Assembly: GCF_009914755.1 (NCBI RefSeq)
Contig: NC_060926.1
Source of the DNA: the human T2T-CHM13v2.0 reference genome, Homo sapiens
DNA length: 64,000 nucleotides
Reading direction: 5' to 3' (one strand)
This document shows, in pieces, positions 28,621 to 44,530 of the stretch. The position numbers and the translations under genes are program-made. The stretch's first letter is position 1, and each line of letters begins with the position of its first letter. The notes below the pieces were generated by a model. It was not told the DNA's origin. It saw only the letters and a program-made list of their open reading frames with translations, and ran no database searches.

Positions 28621-29164
28621 GGTCTTCTATTTCACATTGCAAGCTTTATTCATATGACTAATGAATCTTGGTTGTCTATTCACATTTTTAAAAAATCAGA
28701 CTGCAAAGTTGACTTCATGCTGTTTTTGTGGGTGAGACTTACTGACTGGAAAACTTACTGTTATTATGAGTCAGAAGTGGACACTGAAATAAGCTTAAAA
28801 AAGAGAACTTCACTATGGAGCACCAACACTTATACTCTAGTTCTTCCTGGATAATCAGCTCCATTTCTTTAGAAGAGAACCCTCAAATAAGTTTGCTTTG
28901 CATTAAGAGCTTGACTGCAAGCTCTTCTATGTGGTAGGAAACTGGGATGCATTGATTGCTAAGTATATTCACCTAGAAATGATTCCCCAATTTTCAGCCA
29001 CACTCTTTCCCAACTTTTGGTCCTACTTGGCTGTGGTTGAGTCATTAGCCTTTTCTGGGTTCAACTATGTGGTCGTGGTTGTCTCGTTCATTGGCTGTAG
29101 CTTCTTCCATGTACGTTCTGAGCTGGGGCTTTTTTTCTCTTCATCAATAAGAAAAAACACAAAG

Positions 29165-29780
29165 TAAAAATCGGCTGTAATCCCATCACACCAAGATAAT
29201 TATTGTTAGATTTTAGTCTTTTTTTTCTCTTTAAAATCACCAAATGCCCTTCTCTAGTATTGTTTCTATCCATTTAACAGATTCAGCAGCACTAAAGCCC
29301 AGCATACAATTTGACAAAGTCAGAATTTCTCCATAGGACGTGGGGAAAGGCTAGGGACACTTGTGTTGATAATAATTATCTCTTGACGCTTTATATTATT
29401 ATAAACCAGACAGTGATAATTATCTTTGCAGCCAAATCTGTGAATATTCATTCATTTCCTTAAATTTTCCAGAAGTTGAGACAAAGGATAAAAACACTTT
29501 CCAAAGGCTTTCCATAAATATACCAAACAGCTCTCGGGGCCAGTTTTACCAGTTTAAGCACAAGCAACAAGGTTTGATAATACGCCCCATTTTCAGCACT
29601 GATGATTATTAAGTTTTTTGGTAATTTAATGGATAAATACCTTACTGTTTCAATTTGCAGTTTTTCAACTTGTAGTAAAGTTAATTTAAAAAATAAATTA
29701 ATTTTTTTATCTGGCTTGTTCTTAGCAAATAGCTCATTTTTTGTTGGGGGTGTTCATTCATTCTTTGTTTTTCCTGATTG
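29165..29780 (-). mobile_element. L1ME4/L1ME3-type 3' fragment
   Basis: ctgtaatcccatcacaccaagataat and atttccttaaattttccagaagttg...aaggctttccataaatataccaaa match antisense L1ME 3' ends. Confidence 0.6.
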
Positions 29781-29799
29781 TTTTCAACCTTTCCACTAA

Positions 29800-34640
<4,841 letters not shown>

Positions 34641-34907
34641 ATTTAAGAGTGAGAGTTATCTATTTATACACCCACCCGCTCACCCATCTGTCCACTGGCC
34701 TGTCACCCATCTGTCCATCCATCCATCTATCCATCTATTCTCATTGTAATGTTTAGATTTCAGCATCTGAATTTAGAAAATGTCTATTATTTTAATGCCC
34801 CAAAATTGTTGAGATAGCATGGAAATTGCATGTTCCTTGAAGTCTGAAAAACCTTGTTCAAGTGACCCTCTGTGCCCTGTACTTTTCATAGAGATAAGGC
34901 TTTGATA

Positions 34908-35177
34908 GGCCAGGTGCAATGGCTCATGCCTGTAATCCCAGCACTATGGGAGGCTGAGGCAGGAGGATCCCTTGAGCTCCAGAGTTTGAGACCAGCCTAT
35001 GTAACATGGCGAGACCTCATCTCTACCAAACAAAAAAAAATCAGCCAGGCGTGGTGACCTGCACCTGTTGTCTCAGCTACTCTGGAGGCTGAAGTGGATC
35101 TCCTGAATTAGGGAGGTAGAGGTTGCAGAGAGCCGTGATAGTGCCACTGCACTCCACCCTGGGCAGCAGAGTGACTT
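34908..35177 (+). mobile_element. AluJ lacking a tail
   Basis: ggccaggtgcaatggctcatgcc...gcagagtgac. Confidence 0.9.
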
Positions 35178-35189
35178 TGGCTTTTATAG

Positions 35190-36535
35190 CTTTTTATATA
35201 TCTTCCATATAAGTAGTCTGTTCAGATCTTTTATCTCTTCCTGAGTCAATGTTGGTCATTTGCATTTTTCTAGAAAGTCCATTTCTTTGATATTTAAAAA
35301 ATGTATTGCTTTGAGGTTTATAATATTATAATTTTCAATGTCTCTTTATGTTTGTGGCTAAGTTCTCTTATTAGCTTTATGTAGTTGTGTTTTGTCTTTC
35401 AATGTATTAGACTAAGTAGTGGGATGTCTGTTGTATCTTTTTCCCCACAGAATAGCAGCTCTTACATAACTTTGTCTGTTTATTGTTTTACTGTTTTTCG
35501 GGTCATTTTTATTTCTTAATTTTTTTTTTTTTTCTGCTTTCCTTGCTTGTTCTGTTGCTGTCTCCTGATTTCTTGAATTAAATACCTAAAACACGATAAC
35601 AAAAAATGAACTGAGTTTGCCTCGGACAAATGCTTTGGCCATATCTCATTAGTACTGACATGTCATGTTCTCATTATTGCTCTTTTCTTAGAACTCTGTA
35701 ATTTCAGATTTTTCCCAAAAGCTATTTATTAGTGGTTTCTCTTTTCATTTCAGAATGTTTGTTTTCAGTTTAGATTTTTGGAATTAATTTCTAGTTATAA
35801 TTTGTGGTCAGAATCTATGTCTTACATGATTTCTGTTTTGTTGAAATTCATCAAGCTTTTCTTTGTGGCTAAATGCATGATCAGTTTTACACATTTTCCG
35901 TGGATCTTTAAAATAGAAAGTGTATTCTTTGTTGAGTACCATGTTCAGTTTGTAGTTATTAGATCAACTTTATAATAGTATTCAGCATTTCAGTATTATA
36001 CTTTTTTCCTTGATTTATATGTCAAGAAATAAGGCCACCCTCAATGTGAAGCAACAAGGATGAAGATTTTTATGATGATCCACTTAATATATCTATTTTT
36101 TCTTCCTTTTTTTTAAAAAAAACCACAAAACAACAACAACAAAACAGAGAAAGAAGTAGTAAGGTCAGGTGTAATGGCTCACCTCTGTAATCCCAGCACT
36201 TTGTGAGGCTGAGATGGCAGGATTGCTTGCGCCCAGGAGTTTGAGATTAGCCTGTGCAACATAGCAAGACCCTGTCTACATTTAAAAAAAAAGTAAGACA
36301 GATATATGTAAGCCATCCGTATTTGTTGTGTTGTTTATTTACCTTTTTTACTTTATGTATTTTATTTGAAATATTTTCATGACTTTTAATAACTTTTTTG
36401 ATAGCTTCATTAACATAAAATATCCCTTTGTTACATAATTTTCCCTTTTAATATGGTTTTTGCCTTGGATTCTATTTGGACTGATATTAATATTGTAATC
36501 ACTGCTTTCTTTTTTTTTTCTGACATAGTTTATGT
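35190..36535 (-). mobile_element. Very old L1 (L1ME/L1M5-type) ORF2 5' remnant
   Basis: T-rich degenerate antisense L1 (tgttcagatcttttatctcttcctgagtcaatgttggtc, ttgtggtcagaat, ctgatattaatattgtaatcactgctttc). Confidence 0.6.
36163..36291 (+). mobile_element. FLAM_C monomer
   Basis: Single left monomer with A tail; agtaag on both sides. Confidence 0.88.
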
Positions 36536-36598
36536 ATATATAAGACTCCATCATTTGGCTGAACAATGAAACTTTAGCTTCATTAAAAATCAATTGAG

Positions 36599-37006
36599 GT
36601 GGTCTCTCAGCCAAGGAAGACGTTGGTGCTGAGGTTGATATTCCTATCAAGAACAGTAACTGCCATGGCGTCCAGTGTTTTGATGAAACCTCGAACACAT
36701 GGCTGGAAGGTTTCATGTTGTTGGAGCATTTGTTGTATCCCTGGGGGGTTGCAGCTCTCTAAGTTTGCTGTGGCTAAACAAAAAAGACATACACAGATTT
36801 CTACAGAAATTGTGAGTCCATGAAAGATTTTGAGATGAGGAAGGTTTGTATCTTTCAGAGTACAAAGTGATTTTGGAACATAACGAATTTCTTTGGACTG
36901 TATTACCTAGAAGTTTGTCACCCACATGTGTTCCCGAACTATTATGAAACATGAAAATGTGGGCCAAGAAATAGTTTATCTTGATAAAGAAACAATGAAC
37001 AACAAC
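36599..37006 (+). pseudogene. COX6C: Processed pseudogene of cytochrome c oxidase subunit 6C (former CDS 36665-36870); COX6CP number not determined
   Basis: Intronless 5'UTR (gacgttggtgctgaggtt...aacagtaactgccATG), frameshifted CDS (MASSVLMKPR...[49 protein letters not shown]), COX6C-like 3'UTR (attacctagaagtttgtca...aagaaatagtt), decayed A tail, and a perfect 13-bp TSD AAAATCAATTGAG (36586-36598, 37007-37019) at a TT/AAAA site. Confidence 0.96.
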
Positions 37007-37421
37007 AAAATCAATTGAGATAAGTTAATATTGATAATTTGATTTTCTTTAAAAATCATATGCTATGTTGCATTATGCACATAACCTACCTATTTTACAT
37101 TTTCAGATTGTTATAACATGTATGTAAATTTATATGCTATAATCTCCAAATACATTTGAAGTGGAAAATATGAAAATGTAGGATAATTTTTTAAAATTGG
37201 GTGCCACAAAACACTATTTTAGTAGAGGATAATTATAAATGTTGCCTTCAATTTATTTTTCATATTAATTTCAGAAAGACCCTTCTGTGTCATCTTTTGG
37301 TGAATAAAAATGACAAGCAATCAAACAATAGCATAAGAACTCTAGATGACAATGTTTTGTCTGTAGTTAATTATCAGGTGATATAGAAAATGTTGATGAG
37401 ATCAAGCCTCTCCATTATTAT

Positions 37422-37880
37422 TGTATGGGTTGTTCTCTGCTTGTCTTCTGATGCCCCTCACTCAGATCCCTTCCTGCCCTTCTTTGACCTGCTCTGTTCC
37501 CTGGGAGGCTGGTCCCCTCAGTGCTGCCTCACCTACTCTTCCTTACTGACAGCTTCTGGTAGAACTCAGTCAATGAGAGCACAGACAGGAGCCTGTAGGG
37601 TGGGGCGGGGGGGCAAGAGAAGAAAAATGCTGGAGTATTTCTTCCCCTATATTGTGGAGCCTTTTCCTTCTTGGCTTCAGCTCTTATTGAGCAACACCAT
37701 TTCCCCTCCTTCCTCCTCCGGCCTAGAGGTGGAAATGGTGCTGATCTCTGGTGGCTTCCACACCCCTCACTGGTCCCTTTAACCTTCCCCATGCCTCTGT
37801 AAATTGTGAATTATTAAAGTCTCTTTAGAGGAATCATGTAAATGGAATTCTATTTTCTCCTGGTATCCTCCAGTGCAATA
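37422..37880 (+). mobile_element. ERVL solo LTR (LTR33-like)
   Basis: cctgctctgttccctgggaggctg...cccttaaccttcccca...tctgtaaattg...attaaagtctct. Confidence 0.65.
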
Positions 37881-39885
37881 TAAGCCTGAGTTCTTTTTTA
37901 TGAGCAAGAGAAAACAACTCAGCCTTTTAAAGGGTTAGAAGGATATCATGGTGCTGAGAATTAACGAAGCTTGACGACAAGGCTTGAGAGTGGTCAGGAG
38001 GCAAAGTGGGGTCCAAGAGCATGGCAGAAGCCATCATAAAGGCTATGGACATGCGCTATGGATATGTTTGGGTCACGTGCTTCCGCCTCAGATCATCCTG
38101 AACCCACCCAGAATAATTTTATCCCTGACTTAGCATTTAAAGTCCAAGGAGAGGCCAGTAATGTCTCCTTCTCCTGGTTGTTGTGGGGAGGATGGAGAGG
38201 GGATCTGGGTTATTTGGCTTCTGAAATACGAGGTGTCCACAGAAAAATTGGACCAAGAGGATGGAGAGGTGGATTCCAAACAGACAGAAATGACTAATGC
38301 CCACTGTAGATACTATCTTTAAAGGCATCTTAACATTTAACACATACTATTATATTCATGCCTATTCTAATACCTTAGGGACTTAAAGGGTGGTCAGGTT
38401 AATTGACTTCTCTTAATTATGCAATTATTTGCTCATTTATTTATTGATCTCTCCTTTTCTGTGTCTGCAGTTGAACAAGAACTGCTGGTTAAGTTATCCA
38501 GGATGTGTTCCATAGATTTTATTTCTGTCAACCCAGTATATATGTTCAAGTAAAGCAAATATACCCATGGCAAGAAGTTTAGAATCTGTGAATCAGATTC
38601 ACATATAAATATGCTATCATCAGCCTTTTCCAAGAAACAATATTGTCAGAGTTTGCTGATAACCCTCACAAATGAATTTGTTCTTGGTTATCAGGATAGT
38701 AAGTCCATACTGAAAATCAATGTTAATTCAAGAATTCTCAGCTCAAATGCAGCTTGTTCTGAGCTCTAGGAATTGTGCAGGAGAGGGAGAAAGGGATGAT
38801 TTGTGATCTGAGGAATATGCTTTGACAGCCCAAACCCCAACACATTCAAAAATTTCCACAGGGGCTTTAAAGGTGACCTTGATGAGGAAGGGAAAGCAAT
38901 CTTTACCTGGTGAAGGCAGAGTAAGAAACACTGCCTAGAAAGATACACACATGCAAATTAAGGTGAAAAGAATTCTGGATTTTACCAGTTGAGAGCTGTG
39001 GGATTTTGGAAATACAGTTTAAAAGGCTGGCACCTCCACATAAATAATGGAGAACCTGGAGACTAGCTATCAGACGGTGGCATCTGCCCATAAACGTCCA
39101 AGAGCAATGAGAAGATTCAGCTATGGTAAAAGAGAGCACTGGCCCCTGCTGCCCTAAAGCTAAGGACTGTCATTGAAACAACACTCCAAAGGGCTTCTTG
39201 GAAGCTGCCTCTGGAGCTGGTCCACAGGGTATAATTATGAGATTCCTGAGCTCCCATGCCACTGTTAACTAGAAATAAAGGTCATCTGACTTATAGTTCA
39301 GCTAGAAATCCCTGTCCTGAGTTAAGTCTGAAAATACAAAAGTAGAGGCCTTGTACTTTAATTCACAGACTTTTTCCTTAAAAGGAAGTGCTGGTAGAAA
39401 TCATGCCACCTCTTCATTGTTTAGTGTGTATAGAAATAAAATGCTAGGTATTTAAAAGTAGCAAAAGAAAATCTCAAGTTTTGTTCAAAATAGAACACAT
39501 AGGTTCTAAACTATAAAGTCATAGTAAACTGATGCTTATTTCTTTAACGTTAAAAATACTTGTTAAAATACTTGCTAATAATTACGACCTCATTAACCAA
39601 GCAGTATTAAGGGACAAAATGGGACACAATGCTCCTGGAATTAGTTAGAAATTGAGTTTAGATACATATAAAAAGCTGTGTTTCATTTTCAAAATGAAAG
39701 ATGATATGGATTCTTGCTTTCCTAGTTTTTAAAAGAAAGTATTAGATCAAACATGAAGACAGATTGATCTTGGGAGTATTTCTAACTTAAGAAATCAAAA
39801 TCCATGTTCTCTCAAAATTGATATGAGTTTCAAGGATGGTTTTTTTGTTCAAAGACTCTTTTAACATATTTTGGGCCTATTAGAA

Positions 39886-40123
39886 TTTTTTTTTTTTTGA
39901 GTCAGTCTGGCTCTGTCACCCAGGCTGGAGTACAATGGTGCAATCAGTTCACTACAGCCTTGAATTGCTCAGTGCAGCCTTGAACTCATGGGTTCAAGCT
40001 ATCCTTCTGTCTCAGCCTGCAGAGTAGCTGGGACTACCAACATGTGCTCCACTGTGCCTGGCTAATTTTTAAATAATTTTGTGGAAATGAGGTCTTGTTA
40101 TATTGCCCAGGCTGGTCACAAAC
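39886..40123 (-). mobile_element. AluJ, partial
   Basis: Poly-T, right arm and part of left arm; short internal duplication (cagccttgaa). Confidence 0.88.
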
Positions 40124-40934
40124 TGTTACAAATATTATAAACTATCACAGATATATGTCTATTTAGTGCAATCCATGTGTATCACAGTGTTCTAAGCCAT
40201 TAAATTGGAAGACATGAGCCCTGGTCCCAAGGGACTCACAATATTAAAATCATAGATTACAGATGAGCCAATCTCTGAGCTATGGAGGACGAAGAGTCCC
40301 TGGTCAGGAAGCTCAGGTCCTGACTTTACCAACAGTTCTTTAGAACCTTGTTGAAATTAACTAAATGTTTAGTATTTCCATTTCCTCATACTTCAAATGT
40401 AGGATAATATCTGCCCTTCTTATCTCATGGGTCCCTGACCTAAGAACATAAGATAATGACTATAAACATTCCAAAAAATCCTAACACATTATTGTTATCT
40501 ATACTAGACTCAAAACTGCAAAAGGATTTGTGTTTCCTTTTAAATAGCTTTAAGAAGCATCATTAACATTTGTACAACACTGAGAATCTCTTTGCACCCC
40601 AAGTTACAGAACTGTGTATTTAGCTACAATTTGGGCTGTGACTTAAGTGGAAGATATAGGTTACACCTCCTCTAACTAGAAGCAAAATGCAAATATTTTG
40701 AAGATTTTTTTTTTTTCTGACGCAGAAGTGTGGAAATAAGCAAATTGCAAAAGAAAGAGGAACATTATACTTAAGTCCTGAAATCTAAAAAATTTCAGTT
40801 TAGGGCTTTTTAAAAATAATTGGTAAAGTTCCAGGGTTAACCTACTTTGTTGAACCTTTGGGCTGTCCAGTGTGGAGCAAAATTCTTTAGGGATACAATG
40901 ATACTTGAAAAAAAAATTTGAAATATATAAGCCA

Positions 40935-41254
<320 letters not shown>

Positions 41255-41609
41255 TCACTTATAAAAAAGTATAGAGATCTGAGTAGATACATTAAAGATA
41301 GAAGATACTGGTTTTCATTCTAGGTTCATTCATTATAAAATGAAACCTTGACACATGTAAAAAACTTGATTCCCACAACTGTTAAAGGTGTTTTGTGCCA
41401 CTGCTTCTGATCTTCTTACTGCTCTCCTGGCCTCCCCTAGCGTGTCTGAGTTTCTGTCACTGAGACCAGCTCTGTTTTCAAGTATTTCACATTTAACCTT
41501 CCCAGGAGAGGATTGGTTGGGTTCATCAGTCTATTCAGTATTCAGTACCCTGTAAGGTCTCAAAATAGGTCACTTCAGAGGTTACTGGCCAGGCAACTGC
41601 TGTTTCAAT

Positions 41610-42075
41610 TAGTTGTGGCTGTGGTGTTGGGGTCATATGATGCAAAGCGCATCCCAAGAGGAGGGTTTCCATGCATGCCCATTTTATATAGGAAGTACAG
41701 GAAACATTGGTGGAAGAGTGGTGAAGTGGGATAGGAAAGATCACCAGCAAAGGGTGCATTATCAAGCACCTATAATCAAGCACTGGGTGGCTGGAGTTTA
41801 ATCCATGGGGAAATCTTGGGAAATGGCATAAAACATTTCCCAGGGTTATCCTAATGAAAGGCAAGAGAGCTGGAATATTGATATACCAACTCCTCTTAAT
41901 CATTGGTTAAGAACAGCTGAGAGGGAGGTAGAAGAGGGGTGTTCATTCTTGCAGACTGCATTGTTCACACCTTCAGGTAAAGGGATGAAGTTCAACTGGC
42001 AGCTGAAAGTGCTGGAGCTCATAGAAATGGTCAGGCCTGAAGGATGGGGGCAGGGTGCCACTGCATTAACTACAC
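41610..42075 (-). mobile_element. ERVL solo LTR (LTR16-like)
   Basis: gagctggaatattgatataccaactcctcttaatcattggttaagaacagctg is LTR16-like. Confidence 0.65.
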
Positions 42076-42357
42076 ATGGTAACTCCAGGTAAAATCGCTC
42101 ACAGCCAATTTACCAACAGGCTTCTCATATATAGGCTTTGTGGAACAGCCAATACCATTTTTATTAGAACAGTAATTCAACTTAAATTTTAAAATCAACT
42201 TAAAGAAACAACACATTTTTGTTTTGACTTTGGGACAACCTTATAAATGCCTAAAACTCTTTTTTTATATTGAATTTAGATTTTTGTACATAAGCTGATA
42301 AACGAATATTAATCTTTTCTGTGGTGAAACTGGGTGTTAATTTTTCAGTTTTGTCAG

Positions 42358-42778
42358 TGTCAACCTAAATAACAAAAACTGAAAGAAAATAGTGTTTATT
42401 TGGGAATAAGCATTGCGATGGGAATAGATGTGCCGTAGTAAACTATGTATTCAGGGGGGTAAAGGAAGGCAAAGGTTTTTAAAGAAAACGAGGAGGATTA
42501 CATAATTGTTTTGAGATAATTATCCTTGGCTACAAGGATCAATAACAAGAGTGGCATCTGTCCAAGTTTAAATAGGCAGTTGCTGGGCAGACATCCTCAC
42601 AGAAGTGTGTTTTTGTGTAAGGCTTTGATGGCCTTTTTGCAAGGTTGTGGTTTTTGTAGTCTTTTGTGATAGTTTTTGTTATCTAGCATATGTGTGTGGG
42701 AACCCTCCCTTCATGTCCTTCCCCAGGTCTGTTTTTCAGTTTGTTTTTAACATGAGTGACTCCATTTTTATTCTGACA
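42358..42778 (-). mobile_element. ERV1-class solo LTR (MER72/MER93-like)
   Basis: TGTCA...TGACA termini; minus strand starts tgtcagaataaaaatggagtcact...ggggaaggacatgaagggagggttc. Confidence 0.75.
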
Positions 42779-42960
42779 ACTTTTTATAGTGGTATCAACA
42801 TCTTTGTCAGTTATTTGAATTAGGCAATTAGTTGCATATTTTATTTTAATTTTTGTCCCAATCTTAATGAAAAATAGAAGTGCTAATATCAATCATTGAA
42901 CTTTTTATATGCTTAATAATGACAAAGATGAAAACCATAAAGCTTGCCAAAAACCTGAAT

Positions 42961-43094
42961 TCTTTTTTTTTTTTTTTTTTGAGTCTTTGAGTTGTGCTCC
43001 ATCACTCAGGCTGGAGTGCAATGGTGTGCTCTCCGCTCACGGCAACCTCCGCCTCCCTGGTTCAAGCGATTCTCATGCCTCAGCCTCCTGAGTA
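42961..43094 (-). mobile_element. AluS right-arm fragment
   Basis: Poly-T then caggctggagtgcaatgg...cctcagcctcctgagta. Confidence 0.88.
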
Positions 43095-43194
43095 AATTCT
43101 TTAGTCTATTTGAACTCAAGCTTTGTTTTCAATTTTAAGAACAAAATTAACAAGAACAAAACAAGATTATGATTTGAACATGAAGTAAGACTAG

Positions 43195-43395
<201 letters not shown>

Positions 43396-43554
43396 TGAGA
43401 ATTGGCGTCCTTTAAGACGTATAAGTCTGCTGATTTAATATTACATTTTCAACTTTTGTGCATGTATCTGGAATACTTTATGTACAGAAATTGGAGACTG
43501 CATAGCAGAACTACTTTATGTAAACATTGAAATAATTGAAAATGTCATCTTAGT

Positions 43555-44530
43555 AAAGTTGAGCCCTGGTAGAGATGGAGTTGTGCCTGGCCAAGTGACT
43601 ATCTGTTTGAACCTCCCATCAGGATCTGAGTTCTGTCAGTCCTACAAGGTCATAAGGCCAGGCAGGCCCAGTCACCATCCAGTATAGATGGCAGTGATAC
43701 ATTTGGGGCTGAGCACAAGCAGGACCAGAAGCAGCACAAGCAAGCTGTGTGAGTATAGCTCTCAGACCCCATGTCAGAGAAACATCTTAGCTGACGTCCG
43801 TGTTCATAAGGATAGTCATTACAAGTAGCCGATGGAAGAGGAAATAACCTAAACACGATTTATGGGTGAATCTGACCAATTTGTGGTACAAACCATAACT
43901 CAAGTGTGACTTTGAAAGACTATTGTGTATAGCAAATCCTCCCAGTAAGCCAGCTGCTTGTGGGTGATGCAGGATATAATTCTTTGGCTATGAACTCATA
44001 GCGACAGAAGACTTGTATCTTCTTTGCTGAGAAGTGGGTCCTCTGGTCTGTGTGGGATCCTGTGCTAGTGGATCCGACACTCTGTTAACTCCCTGGATAG
44101 TGGTGCTGGCTGAGGTCTTGCAGGCAAGAAAGGCAAATACGTATCTGGAGTATGTGTCTATTTTGGGAGAACAAATCTCTGACCCTTCCAGGATGGCAGG
44201 GGTCCAAGAAGTGAGGTTGCTGATGTCAGATGTCCAGGTTATTCTACATGGTTGGTTAGTGTCTGTTCTATGGTGGATGGTCTCTGGTGGGTGCTCTCAT
44301 GTGATATATAGATCTTCATACTTTGTGCCCATGCCCATATCTATTCACATGCTTCTATCTTAGAATTTATTGCACTTAATCTTCCAATTTCCCTTTTACA
44401 GGTCTCTGACCACTTTTTTTTTTTTCTATTGGCCAAAAGAGCTAGGCCATTTGCCACTGCCTCTGAATCATATACCTTCAAACCGTGGGACAGTTCTCTT
44501 TCTACCCAAAGTGGATATAACCAGGTACCA
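43555..44530. mobile_element. ERVL internal pol remnant: + strand connection/RNase H (43555-43950) joined to - strand RNase H/integrase (43950-44530)
   Basis: + strand: ALVEME...GQVT...KSSQ. - strand: AVANGLA, WAQSMKIYISH, IDTYSRYVFAFLACKTSASTTIQG, GTHFSAK, LHHPQAAG. All resemble HERV-L pol motifs. Confidence 0.85.

Noticed and set aside
29281-29571. Exon-like segment with acceptor TTTAACAG and long open frames
   Set aside because: It matches an antisense L1ME 3' region, and the donor is weak.
36599-36823. 74-aa ORF over the COX6C copy as a retrogene
   Set aside because: It leaves the COX6C frame after about 13 codons; a deletion and several indels disrupt the transmembrane segment.
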